Below are positions 39,819 to 53,708 of a DNA stretch of 64,000 nt, piece by piece. How positions within the stretch are numbered: position 1 is the first letter of the stretch; each line of letters begins with the position of its first letter. A program made the position numbers and the translations under genes. The notes under the pieces were generated by a model, which saw nothing but the letters and a program-made list of their open reading frames with translations, had not been told where the DNA came from and did not search any database. Source of the stretch: Octopus sinensis (taxonomy: Eukaryota); contig NC_042998.1 of NCBI RefSeq assembly GCF_006345805.1, positions 69,936,001-70,000,000 of the forward strand, read 5' to 3'.

Positions 39819-40361
39819 TATTATAAAAGGCAGATTTTATCTGCCTCCCTTTGTAACTTATAGAAATCTACAATATAGGATTTTTCAATTACAATTTACC
39901 TAGCATTTTTAAGAGGAGAATGCATCGGGTCATGCCAGGTCCAGTTTTTAAAATTTAAACTCCAATTAAGCAAAATTTACAGAAAACTCACATTCTGGTG
40001 TGTATGTCAAATGCTTTTCTTAATGTGGTTTACACCACACGCACACGCACACACACAGTGTGCAACGAATAAAATGAAAGTAAATAGCGACAGAGTGATT
40101 TGAGGAAGACTAAACTGAAAGTATTTAAACCACTACTCAAAAAAATAAAAAAAAACACAGCAAACAGAAACAAATAAATACATAACGATTTACTCCTCAC
40201 ACAATTTCTTCAATTAGAGTTTACCTAAGATTTTTCAAAGTACTCATTCGGTCATGCCATAATATATTTCTTTCAATTTCACCCCCAATTAAGATAAAAT
40301 TCGAGAAAAATCAATATTTTAACATTTCACTCCGAAAGCATTGATGTACATGTGTGCGTGC

Positions 40362-40396
<35 letters not shown>

Positions 40397-41475
40397 ATGG
40401 GTTGTGCGACACAAAAAGTGTGGTGTGTAAGTGAAGTGCTTTTGTTAGTGTGTGTAAAGAGACAGAGAGAGAGAAAGACAGAAATAACTGAACTTTTTTT
40501 ATTCACTTTTTGTAGTGAGTGACTGAGAGAGAAAAGAGAGAGAGAGGTTATGTATGTATATATGTATGTATGGCTTCAGTGACACATACACACAAAACAC
40601 ATACCTACGTACACCTAAAGCACGCACACACACACAAGCGGAGCGCGAACTTCAAAATTTTGGTAGTATTAATTTGTGAGCGTACTTCTAAGCGCGTGTA
40701 ATTAAAAGTTTTCACTATGATATCATCACGTGCGAAAAAATTCGAAGGGTTTTGAACAATTGAGATACAGATGTCACGCCTGTATTGAAACCATTGCTAA
40801 GCTGCCGTAATTGCTTAATTAAGACTTTGTTTAAATTGAAAGGGGCAAATATGTGACGAGTTGAAAAAAAATACCCCAGAAAAAAAAATGTACTGTGGTA
40901 TTTATATAATTCACTACTATTTTGCTACAATGTCATGAAAAAGAAAAAATTTAGGTATGTAAATCGAATTCGCCACCCCCTTTTCCCCGTTCGCGTTTGT
41001 GTAAAAAAAATTATTATTTAAGTTTTTAAAATTATTTACTTTGTTCAAAAATACTAATATTAATTAATTTTCAAGAATTATTTAATTTATCTGTTGTAAA
41101 ATAGTAATTAATTCATTTATCTGTAAATCCGCGAGGTTGTTACTCAGGCACCTAGAATGGTAACCTCAACTAACACTATCTCCTCCGAGACCCTGCGGCG
41201 CAAGTTGACCAAAATTGAGAGTATGGTAGAAGAAGGGATGCTCTTCCTTCCGTAGAACATAAAATTCAAATCGGACCATGTTAACACCAAAAATTATTTA
41301 CATCAAAAAGATGCTTTTTTCTATGAAAATCCCATTTTTTACGATTTTTTCACTGCTGTGTCGCCACTTTTCGGTGTGTATTCGACCAGAAAAATGTTCA
41401 CAAAATTTTTACTTTTCAAAATTACAATTCCAGCGGGTCGAAACAAACCCGAGCAACGCCGGGCGATACTGCTAG
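39816..41475 (+). mobile_element. Non-autonomous Helitron
   Basis: A|TCTTATTATAAAAG 5' end; subterminal hairpin cccgagcaacgccggg (41448-41463); CTAG|T 3' end. Confidence 0.8.
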
Positions 41476-41489
41476 TATATATATATATA

Positions 41490-42030
41490 TATATTATAAT
41501 AATAAATGGCAAGTTTGTATGTTCGTGAATTTGTTACTGTAACTCCTCCAAGACTATGCAACAGACCTTGATGAAACTTGACACGTCTGTGGGGCTTATG
41601 CCCATGCGGTCACTTACGCACTTGGAATTTTAAAAAAATCGATTTTTAATCAGCATCGATTTTTCAAAAATTGTAAAATTTCGGTATTTTTCGCCCTAGC
41701 CATCGTGACATCAACTTGACGACAAATGTTTCATGGGTATAAACGGACAGCTTATTAACGGTAATCTATTATACATTTGCTAATTTTTCATTTCAATGCG
41801 AATTGATTTGATTTGCTAAAACTTATTTCAATTCGTTGTTTTAAATCCCCAGCGTTTCAGGTTTTGATTAGGTAAAACCATTTTATTTCTCAAGCAAAAT
41901 TTAGGCATTTTGCGCACTAGCCGTTCTGACATCAATTTGACAAAATCTACCCCGAAGCATAAAATTTCGCCATTTTACGCACATGCACAAAAACGACAAC
42001 AACACGGGTTCGCTACCGGACTCTGCTAAT
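41490..42030 (+). mobile_element. Second Helitron-like element, degraded
   Basis: Start tataataataaatggc...aactcctccaagactatgcaacagaccttgatgaaacttg resembles non-autonomous Helitron heads; degenerate end cgggttcgctaccgg...ctaat. Confidence 0.5.
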
Positions 42031-42319
42031 TTTTTCGTCAAATTCGTCCTACCTATTAATATAGATTTTAATTTTTTTGAAAAATGTCGAAATTTGACGA
42101 AAAATGTTTCATGGGTATAAACAGACATCTTATTAACGGTAATTTATTTAACATTTTCTAATTGTGCGTTTCAATGCGAATTGATTTGATTTGCTAAAAC
42201 TTATTATTTCAATTCGTTGTTTAAATTCCCCAGCGTTTCAAATTTTGTTTGGTAAGAGCATTTTATTTCTCAAGGAAAATTTAGGCATTTGCACACTAGC
42301 CATCGTATATATATACATA

Positions 42320-42377
<58 letters not shown>

Positions 42378-42927
42378 ACGGAGAGATGTTGAGTTGATGA
42401 ATTATGCTGTTTTGAGTTCCAACATACGTGTGAATGTAGATAAAGGAAGAAACAGAAAAGCAGGAAGATTAAGTGCCACGATTTATTCAATCTGCTAAAG
42501 AGTATTAACACAGTAACGTTGTTGAGATACATCTTGAAATATACTGTTGGAAGATATATACACAGTTTCTCGTGCAGTTGGTACTTGAATAAACTGAATA
42601 GAACAGGAAAATGAATACGTAACATAACTTTTGCTGGAGGATAGGAATAGACGTATGCGTTGAAAGCTACCTGTGAAATAAAACTTGCCCTCTGCCGAGA
42701 TCCGAACTCGACCTCACTAAAAAAATAGCGTGAAGACCTCTCCTTATATAGCTGATGGTAGGCTCCCAGCAAATAGACATAAATTTCCCACGCTCGGCAT
42801 GGACTGTCACGTGATGGGATGAGCAAACCCGCGTAAGCTAGGACTCGACAAAAATACATACATACTTACATAAATGTATTACATAAGCGTGTGTGTACCA
42901 TGATGTGCATTAATGTTATATGCATTA

Positions 42928-43815
42928 CGAGGTGGTATCAAAAAGGTTCCTAGACTAGTAATGTTTAATAAAAAAAGCAACACTTATTTATCTCAGTGTT
43001 ATCATCGTCTCCTTCGAAATAGTCACCTTGCCCGGCGATACACCGTTCAGCGTTCCTGTCATTTTTTTAATCCGACCTGGAAGTCGTTTTCCGTAAGCGT
43101 GTCGAGGACCCTCTGCGATTCGCTCTTGATCTCGACAACTTTGTTAAAATGGCGACTTTAGACTGCATTTTCATGTCGAGGAACAGACAGAAGTTCGCAG
43201 GTGCTAAATCTGGCGAATAAGGTGGGTGCAGAAACGATACCATGTTGTTTTCGGCGAGAAACTCATGTGTGAGGAGAGCTCGGCAAAGAATCCAATTCTT
43301 CGCGCCCCACAGATCCGGTCGCTTTCGCCGAATGTCTTCCCTGAAACGTTTTAAAATGTCGCAGTAGAACTCTCGATTGATGGTATGGACCCGGGGGACA
43401 AATTCTCAACGCACAATACCACAGTTCCAGAGGTGACGCTCGTGGCAAGTCTTCCAGATCGTTCATCATATTCCTGGGATGTTCTTCGGCTTTTGAAGCA
43501 CCCGTGCCACTCGAAACATTGCGCACGACCCATTGCCTCGTCGACGTAAGTATGCTCAATGTCCCTGTAGCAGAACTCACAAATTTAACGCAAAATTTCA
43601 CGTTGGCTCTTCCTGTCCATGACAAAATCGCAGACTACAACATACGGTGATCACAAGAGAACACAAATTTCACAACTTGTGAAGTAAACACAACGACATC
43701 ACTCGGTACATTGCCTCATGAAGGACACCGCTAGCTTTTACTTCGCATGCAACCGTTTCTGACATCTGTAGTCGGGTACAGAACTAGTCTGAGAACTTTG
43801 TCATTCCGTCTTGTG
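42928..43815 (-). mobile_element. Internally deleted mariner transposon
   Basis: TA|CGAGGTGGTATCAAAAAGG TIR and a diverged partner near 43783-43815; VKFCVK, AQCFEWH..FK, DERSGR and HPPYSPDLAP motifs. Confidence 0.85.
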
Positions 43816-44546
43816 AATATATAAATGTATGAATGTATATGCGTGCCTTTGTACGTAAAAGTGCGTAAATGTGTATATGGGTGTATATGCGGATGCGATT
43901 GTGTACGTGTATTTGTGTGTGGTTATGTATCCATATTTATTAATACATTTGCATTTTTGTATATACGTTCATCTGCATAATTATATTTTCATTGTTACAC
44001 GTATGTATAGGCGTACATATGTTTACGTCGGTATGTGTGTCTATGTACGAGCGCATTTGTTCTTATCCATGTGTGTATGTATTTATATATGTATGTGTAC
44101 AAAATGAGCATGCATTTGAGTATGCGTGTATGTTTAAATGTGAACGTGCGTGTAGGCATGCGTGTGAGTGTGTACGGAGGACGTGACTAAGTCCCTCTGT
44201 TGTTGAAGAAAGATCCAATCTGTTTAGTGTGCGATGTCATAGGTTATTGTGGTTAATTTCCTGATAGCGATGTTGTGAGAATTGTGACACACAAACAGAT
44301 ACAGAATGACACATAGTCACAGACACATAGACAAACTGACTGACGTATAGGCATACACGTTCAATGACTAACATAGATGAAAACCAGACATATACGTAGA
44401 TTATTGATAGATAGACACATAGATAACCGATAGATGTATACACATACACGCATCAGATACGTATGTATGCATGTATATATACATATATGCGAGTATGTTC
44501 ATGTATATATATGCATGTTTCTCTCTTTTTCTGTCTCTCCCTCCCC

Positions 44547-44591
<45 letters not shown>

Positions 44592-44896
44592 CATACATAT
44601 ATATACATATATACATATATATAAAATTTATATATATATATACGCATTTATACGTTGTGTGCACATATATTTATATATGTGTGTGCGCGCGCGTGAATGT
44701 ATGTGTGTGTATACATGTGAACGTTTGTGTGCTTGTGTGTGCGCGCCTATATGTGTGTGTATTTCAAATGCTTTGCTGCAAAACTCTAGACCCTTGAGTA
44801 ACGTCTGTAATAATCTCTGTTATTAATAGATTAAATACTGTATATTCTGCTTTACGTATTGAGTTCTCTTTGTCCTTTTGTAAAACTACGCTCATA

Positions 44897-45690
44897 CTAG
44901 CACCTATACATATATATATATATCCGGTGTTGCCCGGGTTACTGCTGTTCTTATTCAGATTAGTAAACAATAAATATGAAGATATTTTCTTTTTCACATA
45001 GTTATTTCAAAATATATCTATATTTTATTAAAGAATATCCAAATTGTAATAATAGAATTTAGAACTGAAAATCTGTAAATTTTGAAGCACCTCAGGGTAA
45101 ACAATATTCGTTGTGTAATTTTTTTGTTGGTATCGAAATGAATAAATTGTTGCTTCGAACTCGTGAGCAACCAACATAGAGCTGGCCGTGGGAGAAGCAT
45201 GTAGTAGAGATATCAAATGCAACAAACTTGAGGGATTGACCTTGAGATTTGTTAAATGAAATATCAAAACTTAGTTTGACTGAAAACTGAAGTCTCTTAA
45301 ATTCAAATGGAACATCTGTAGGTATGAGAGGAAACTTTGGAATAAAGACATTTTCTCCTTTGTGACTACCTGTTAGGATTGTTGCCTGTATGTCATGGGG
45401 CTTCATGGAAGTAACAGTTAAGCGAGTTCCATTACACAGGTGAGGTAGGTCAAGATTCCTAAACAACATAATGGAAGCATCCAGCTTTAGTGTCAAGTTA
45501 TGCGATGGCATCCCAGTGAGTTTAAGTGCGTTCAGAAATTCAACAGTGTATTGAACAACGTGATCTTCATCGACTGTTATGTGAATTGATGGAAAATTCG
45601 TTTCTGATGTATCTGTTAACTTTGAAAAGTTCATGATTAAGTTTATCAACCATTTCATTTGTTGGAGCCAGTATAGGTCTTTCATATAGC
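44897..45690 (-). mobile_element. Helitron RepHel 3' end: PIF1-family helicase C-terminal fragment plus terminus
   Basis: EFLN...GMPSHNLTLK...MLFRNL...LCNGTRL...RLQF...NKSQGQSL...FSHGQLYVGCSRV; hairpin cccgggcaacaccgg; CTAG|T at 44900-44896. Confidence 0.92.
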
Positions 45691-46289
45691 CAGTTTACAT
45701 CAGTGTAATTCACAATCACACACTCTCACAAACATTGACACACACACATACACTCTTATGCATATACTAAGACAGACACACACACACAGACATACATTTA
45801 CGCAACCAATGTGCAAACACACACACACTCACAGACACATACACACTCATAAACAAAATATGATGTCGTCATGGTATAAAATGTCATTTATTATAGTTGA
45901 CTATAGAAAGATTATTTTAGATAAAATATTATATTGTTTTAATTCAAATGTAAATAAAACTTATACGTTGACACTTACGGGGTCTAATACTATTACCTTC
46001 TAAAATTTGATTTGATTTGCTGAAGCCGTTTGAGAATGCATAGGGAACAGACAGACAGATAGACAGAGAGATAGAGAGACAAATAATTATATATATATAT
46101 ATATATATACATTGTGTACTAAGGCTACCGTTTGTTTCATGTTAAGATACTAAAATATTTAAATATTTTTTCTTAGCATGAAACCAATGGTAGCCTTAAT
46201 ACACAAATAATGAAATTTTATCCGCCAATGCAGCGGATATATATATCTTTGTGTGTGTTTGGTAAGTACCATTGCAAGAAACTCTCGGG

Positions 46290-47336
46290 TTTTGTGTCAC
46301 TCAGTAACTTCTGCCGATTATCAATAATATAAAATTTTGGGATTGCCAAGAAGTCCGTTCAAATTTTTTTCTGTCGATACTATTCTTCAAGCACTCAATC
46401 TGCCTCTTGCGCCTCCACACTCGTTTGATACTTGAGACTGCAACGTAGTTCGATTCGAATTTGCGACGAGACATTGTACTTTGTGCGCTTGTGATCACGC
46501 TGAAAATAGATAACCAAAACGAACATAAGCGATACCTTATGCTTTTTTTTATTTTAAAAAAGCAAGAAAGCGACGAAAATCTGCAGGAAGGCATATGGGT
46601 AGGGTGCTATTAAGGAAAGTGTGTACCAGAAGTGATTTTTCAAGATTTTCCTTCTATCCTTGCTCTGGCCGGCCAACTGAGATTAACAGCAACAAAATGA
46701 AAGAGGTACTTGACACTAATTCCCATTATATGACCAGGATAATCGTAGACATTCTCCAAATAATCAAGTCTAGAGCTGAAAAATCATCTGCATCAAATTG
46801 GTTACGTTAGCAGGCTGGATATTGGGGTCCCATTGAATGGGCTAATCTCGCACAACGATTTTTCATCTGCGATTCGTTGTAGAACCATGAAAAAAACGAT
46901 CCCTTTTTGAAGAGAATGGTGAAAGGGGAACGAAAGATGGATTATCTGTAACAATTTGAAGCGTAAATGATCAGGACTTCAGGCAAAGTTAAGTTATGTT
47001 TTTAATTTGGTGGGATTGGAAAGGGACGTTTTCCTGCACCCTCCATATTCGTCTGACCTTGCATTTTCAAATATCCACCTAGTTTGGTCTCTTCAAATTC
47101 ATATAAATGGATTGACCTTCAGTTCTGAGGGGGGGGGGTAGCAATTCACGTGAAAGAGTTTTCGCTAGTAAAGACAGGAAATTTTTTGAGCAGGGAATAA
47201 TGGATCTGCTCACAAAATGGCAGAAGATATTGGAAAGAAACGGTTATTATATGAATGATTGAATAAATCACGCTGTATTTAAAACTTACGCCCTATTCTT
47301 GCTTAAAAACCAAACAAACTTTTGGTCAATCCAATA
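46290..47336 (+). mobile_element. Degraded mariner transposon
   Basis: KICRKAYG, CQKxFxRF, D.SGRP and WICYNN-like motifs across frames; right TIR aacttttggtcaatccaata|TA. Confidence 0.75.
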
Positions 47337-47465
47337 TACATATATACTTAAATTTTGAGTTCTATTTCCCTGTTTGCATCACGATGCCTGTGTAAGTGTA
47401 TGTGTGCGCGTGCGTGTGTGTATGTATTATAGATATGTGTAAATATATGTATATGTATGTGTGTG

Positions 47466-47515
<50 letters not shown>

Positions 47516-47548
47516 CATACATACATCATACAGGATACATACATACAC

Positions 47549-47602
<54 letters not shown>

Positions 47603-48534
47603 TATGTTACAGAAAATAAAGTAAATTTCGAACGGGAGATAGCTGTGAAAACTGCCTAGGAAATTAGGTAAATACCCATAGAAGACGGAAAAATGTTTCC
47701 TGCAGGCGGTTACAGAGAATCGAACCCCAACAAAAGTGAGCAAAGGAAAATTACTCTAAAAGACCACTGACAGGTATTTCTGCAAATATAAGAAATAAGA
47801 AAATATTGAATGCCATACAAGATAAATTCTTAATTTATTGAAATTATTCCCACTTCCAGGGAAGGTAGATCAATCATCTGCTGGCAATTGAGACCAACTC
47901 TACATAAGAAGGAGAGATATTTTCAAGAACCCAAAATTCCCTAAAAAATTGACATGTCTTTAAGAAAAGACGTTCTGTTTGTCTGAAGATCAGGGATGGC
48001 TTGCTATAGTGTTTCTTCCTCAATAGATGTCTTCAGCATAACAGTTTTCTAGCGTTGACTCCAGCAGAACGCGATACTTGGAAATACAAAAAAGAGTAGA
48101 GCTCATTTATGGCCTAGGTATTTTGTATAAACGAAACGAAAACAAGCTAAGAGGAATAGAACAGAATGACCAGTATCTGAACAATAAATTCGAATATAAA
48201 ATTAATACAAGATAAATCTCTACTTCCATTAAAAGCAGAACAGTTTCTTGGTGGCGACTGGAACCAACCCCAAATGAGAATAGGAGATAATCTCAAAAAC
48301 AAATTCTATAAAAAATTGATACGCTGTAACGGTAAAACTGTTTGTCTGGAAGCAAGAGTACAACCTGTGAGGTAAAATCGATTAGCTTTATGGAACAAAA
48401 ATTTTTTTTTTTTACTTTTACAGCTTTACTTCACATTCTTTCAAGTTTAATTGCAGTACGGTTTTTTTTTGTGAGAGTGCAATACAAGATTTCATCACAG
48501 ATGATACGATAATGAAATGACAGAAAGCATTCGT

Positions 48535-48566
<32 letters not shown>

Positions 48567-48659
48567 TGTATGTATGTATGTATGTATGTATGAATGTATG
48601 TATGTATGTATGTATGTGTGTGTGTGTGTGTGCGTGCGTGTGTGTGTGTATGTATGTTC

Positions 48660-50260
48660 TATTTAAGTTCTTCATAAGAAAGTTCAAGCTGGTCGCTAAC
48701 AAAGTGACAATACTTTTTGAGGTAAGAGAGTTCCCCGTGTTTGTAAATATGTGGTTGAGTTGGTATGTTAGGCTAGCTGTCTATGCAAAAATCCAAGTGT
48801 GTACATCTATTCACCTAAAGAATCTCAGATGGAAAATCTTTGGAATGGCTTACAAATCTCCACTGCGCCGTTAATAGATTGGACTTGAAGAATCCGCGTC
48901 CATTTTCTTGTTTCTTCATGAAAGTAGGTATTTCTAGGTTTTTGTGTAAATTTGTAAGTACATAGCCTCCTGCACCGATCTTGATAGGTACAAATGAGAA
49001 ATTATAATCAGGGTACAAAAGCTGTAAGTTCCGCTTTAATTCGCCATAGATGTTCTCTTTTTCCTGAACTTTTGATGGTACATTCACATCCGCTGGGCAG
49101 CTAACTTCTACAATGCTGCATGACTTTTATTCCCTTTCCCACAGAACAATATCAGTGCTGTAATTTTTGCACCGAAATGATGTTTTTATTGGAGTGCTTC
49201 GTCAGTATTCCTCCCTTTAAAGGTATGAATACTTGCTTGTTCTGACATGCCTTTGATGTATACGTCAGGGCAATCCTTCCTGCAAAATAGCGTTGTAAAT
49301 AGTCTTTGCAAACATATACCTCAGAGGAAGGTAGAATCTCGTAGACATTTTGGAGCAGCTGATGATGATGTGGGTGATATCTTCCCTATTGGTATAGCAG
49401 AGCCAACTTTTTCTATCGCAACATGGAGGTTTAGTGGTATATTTATCTCTCTTGTTTTCCAGGTGTTTAGTAGCTATCTCCTGTTAGCGAAAGCATATCT
49501 TTCTAGGTAGGATGTAATGTATCTGTTACAGGCCCAGGAGAGGCTACCCTTCCTGTTACTGCGGTCGGTATTCTCAAACTTACGGTATATGTACTCAAGC
49601 ATTAGTTTTTGTTGGTATGATGCCTGCTTCTCCTCCAAGCTTCTGTTTATGTAGGCCAGTCCATCCACCTTTGGGTTGCATGAGACAGTTATATTTTCAG
49701 AACACTTGCTCAGTAGTTCTTCAACTCTGAAGATGTTGCTCTCACTTTCGAGTATGTATGTAATATACTCATTTCTTTCTTTACTGTTCTGCATGTGTTG
49801 TCTGAATAATACATTCAAAGGCTGTTTAGACTGACCTTATTCCTGTACCGCCATCTTTTCGTTTCAGATAGCTCCTATCGCTGTCTCTGTTGATGTAGAA
49901 GTTGCCGCTGGTGATCAGTATTTTTTCTAGTTTTGATGTCTAGGCTGCGGATCTCGTCAAGTGCCCAATCCAGTATCCCAAATGTTAGTACTAGCATTGG
50001 CACTGCAAAAGCATTGTGAGATATGGTCTTGTTAAATGCAGACAACCCTGAGTTCCATATTTTCCAGAGTCTACAGAGGTACACTTCTGTTGTTCTGTCT
50101 TTAGTCACAGCACCAATATATACAACATTCTTATCGATTACGAGATACTTATAATTTTCATCATTAGAGATAGAAGAAATAGACACATCATTGATGTACA
50201 TGTTCTCTGTCTGGTCGACAATCTTTCCACAGTTGACTATTATGTATGTACACACACACA
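48660..50260 (-). mobile_element. RLE-type LINE remnant (post-RT to RLE region and 3' UTR)
   Basis: NYKYL...KIWNSGLSAFNKTISHNAFAVP.L...FGILDW..EI..LDIKTRK; KENIYGELKRNLQLLYPDYNFSFVPIKIGAGG. Confidence 0.8.
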
Positions 50261-50364
50261 CACAGACACACACACACAGACAACAACACACACACACACA
50301 CACATTATACATGCAGTTCTTGTTTATCAGATGTACCTCCAAGATTGCTTCGTACGATTCTTTT

Positions 50365-50745
50365 CTACTCGAGGCACAAGTCCCGAAACATTTGGGGAGG
50401 CGGGGCAGTCGATTAGATCGACCCCAGTACGCAACTGGTACTTAATTTATCGACCCCGAAAAAATGAAAGCAAAGTCGACCTCGGCGGAATTTGAACTCA
50501 GAACGTAAAGACAGACGAAATACCTATTTCCGTACTACCCACAAGGGGCTAAACACAGAGAAGACAAACAAGGACCGACCAACGGATTAAGTCGATTATA
50601 TCGACCCCAGTGCGTAACTGGTACTTATTTAATCGACCCCGAGAGGATGAAAGGCAAAGTCGACCTCGGCGGAATTTGAACTCAGAACGTAGCGGCTGAC
50701 GAAATACGGCTAAGCATTTCGCCTGGCATGCTAACGTTTCTGCCA
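50365..50745 (-). mobile_element. SINE family B with an internally repeated body (dimer-like)
   Basis: gtcgacctcggcggaatttgaactcagaacgta and ggtactta.tt..cgacccc each occur twice in the same orientation. Confidence 0.85.
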
Positions 50746-51150
50746 CGATTATCTCCAAAGTGCTTTCACTTAAGAAAGCTAGCACTCAGCACTTTAGCTA
50801 TCCCTTTTCTATTCACCGCGTCGATGTTCTCCCTTCATACATTAATCTGTAGAAACTCAAAAATTGAGAAATAAATACACCAACCTCACTAGTGTGGCGG
50901 GAGGACACTACTTACCTTCCTAGAACTAATGTAGACACATGCAAATACATGCGCATGCGCGTATTCATGTGTGTGATCATTTATTGGAAGGTGGGCTTTC
51001 AAACCGTTTTTAATTCAAGTTACTCGATGCAGTACGTTCCTCATGAGAACTAAATCATTTTATACAAGTGTATTAGACGTACGAAATTACATCAACACAC
51101 ATGCATTTACACATTCGTTCGTGTGTGTGTATGTGTGTGTGTGTGTGTGT

Positions 51151-51201
<51 letters not shown>

Positions 51202-51895
51202 GAGAAAGACAGTTACAAGTACTGCCTGTGGTAGAAAACGTGAAAACGAGAACGATTTCACCCGAGGAAGTCAAACTACTCAACTGTCGCTTGTTGGTTA
51301 ATCGTTCTTCTAAATACATCAAATGGTTTCTGCCCTATGTGTCAATCAAAAACAGTAGCTAGAAACGTTTTACTGCATGCACTAACATTATTACCTCCCC
51401 ACCTATCTCGAGAATTACAGACAACCCCGCAGCTACTCAGATAAGCCGTTTCACTCCCGTTTAACACTGTCCAATATCACATTGAAATTCTTCTATGACT
51501 GTGTATGAACCCCAGATTAATGTAAATAGTAAAGAATTTTTTGAGTGGTAACGAATTTTTGAATATTTATGGCCATCTGCATATAGTACTTAATGTAAAT
51601 ACATCTTGAAGACCAAATTTACTGCGGTATTCGTCCGGAGATAATACTTTTAGTAGACATGGAGCGTTTAAAAACACGATATATATATCAGACACAGAAG
51701 GAAATCGTCAAGGACCCGGTTGTAAAATGGCTAGATCTTTCTTCCTCCGACGGCAGATTGTAATCACAGTCAAGTGCATGATGGGACGAAATCTGCCGCC
51801 ACTGATATATGGAAACAGTGAATCCATTCATTTGTGATGCATGTATACATATCTGTAGATATTTTATATGCATGAATATACGTATTTATACATTA

Positions 51896-51937
<42 letters not shown>

Positions 51938-52357
51938 ATCTATCCTTTTTTATCTATCTAGTACTATCTTATCTATCTATCTATCTATCTACTGTCTATC
52001 TATCTATCTATCTGTCTATCTATCTATATACACATCCCAAAAATGGAACGAGAACGCAACAGACGACAATAAAAAATCGGGACAGATAGACGATACAAAG
52101 ACGGACAGAAAAAATTAATAGACGGAGAGGAAAAACAAGGACGGCGTCATTCGCGGCCTTCTTTCCTCAGTCAAGTTTCGAGATTATCCTTACAGTTTCG
52201 GCCGGTTACACTGGAAGAGTGTTCATATCTGGCTGGCCCAAAAAATCTGAACTAAGAGCATTAACTATTTTGGGGATTATTTGCATGTATATATTGTATG
52301 TGTATAAGCATGTTATATGCATTTATATATGTATATATATAATAGCTAAATATATAT

Positions 52358-52391
<34 letters not shown>

Positions 52392-52617
52392 ATTATTAAA
52401 GTTTTATAAATTAGGTTATCTACGAGATACCGCCATGCTTAAATAGCAGTCATGATCTGACTTTAACCACCTAAATTGTCCATATCAACACGGAGTAAAA
52501 AACAAGACAAGATGAAACTAGTAAAAGGTTACTGGATAATTCTAGATCCGGATTTCTGACTTTGCATTTATGAATGCTTTGCCTCGTCAGTAAATACACA
52601 CACAAGATAACACTAAA

Positions 52618-52658
<41 letters not shown>

Positions 52659-52812
52659 CAGCATACGAATACTTACATATACGAACGTATACTTACACAT
52701 ATTTATGCACGTATGCATTATGGCCAGTTCAAAATGCCCGCTGTTTCATTCCATGTGAAATATAGTCAGAATATCGCCGCAGTAAAAACAGTGACGAAAT
52801 AAATATAAATTT

Positions 52813-53235
52813 ATATAAATAAAGATAAGATCGTTAATTTAAAAATAAAATAACGATTTTATCAAGTGGCCAGCATGGAAATAATAACCTTCAAAGGTAA
52901 TAATTATTAAAATTATAAATTAGGGTATCTACGAGAAACCGCCAAGCTGAAAATAGCAGCCATGATCTGACTTTAAAACCACCTCAAATGTCCATATATC
53001 AACACGGAGAAAAAACAAAGAGACAAGATGAAACTAGTAAAAAATTACTGGATAATTCTAGATCCGGATTTCTGACTTTGCATTTATGAATGCGATTTTC
53101 AGCATGGTGGTATCTCGTAGATACCCTAATTTATAATTTTAATAATTATTACCTTTGAAGGTTATTTTTTCCATGCTGGCCACTTGATAAAATCGTTATT
53201 TTATTTTTAAATTAACGATCTTATCCTTATTTATA
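52813..53235. repeat. Inverted repeat of about 142 bp with 140-bp spacer (MITE-like or template-switch product)
   Basis: 52813-52954 versus the reverse complement of 53095-53235, about 5 mismatches by eye. Confidence 0.9.
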
Positions 53236-53672
53236 TATATATATTATATACACACATACATATATATATCCACACATATAAATACATATATATATGTATG
53301 CATATATATATTATTCAAATATATATATATACACACGCACATATATATATGTACGAATATATGTATACATACATACATACACACACATACACGCATATAT
53401 GCATGTAGATATGTATGTATATGCAAGTTTTGCGTGTATATATCTGTGTGCGTGTGTTTTTATGGCTATGTACAGGAATTGTTGAAACATGAATGTTACA
53501 TATGGTGTAAGTATCAACCTCCGCCACAAACGCACATATATCTATGTTTATATACACACACAAATATATACACACATATGTATTCATGTTGCTTGCCAGA
53601 GAAGCAGTTTTCTGATGATGCTTCAGCAAAATATTAATATATACATACATACATACATACATACATACATAC

Positions 53673-53708
<36 letters not shown>

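Noticed and set aside
52160-52215. Minus-strand GGCCGAAACTGTA...CTGAGGA pieces
   Set aside because: The motifs cannot be closed into any hammerhead topology without large bulges.
53605-53640. CTGATGATGCTTCAGCAAAA
   Set aside because: Lacks G12 and stems I and III; probably chance.
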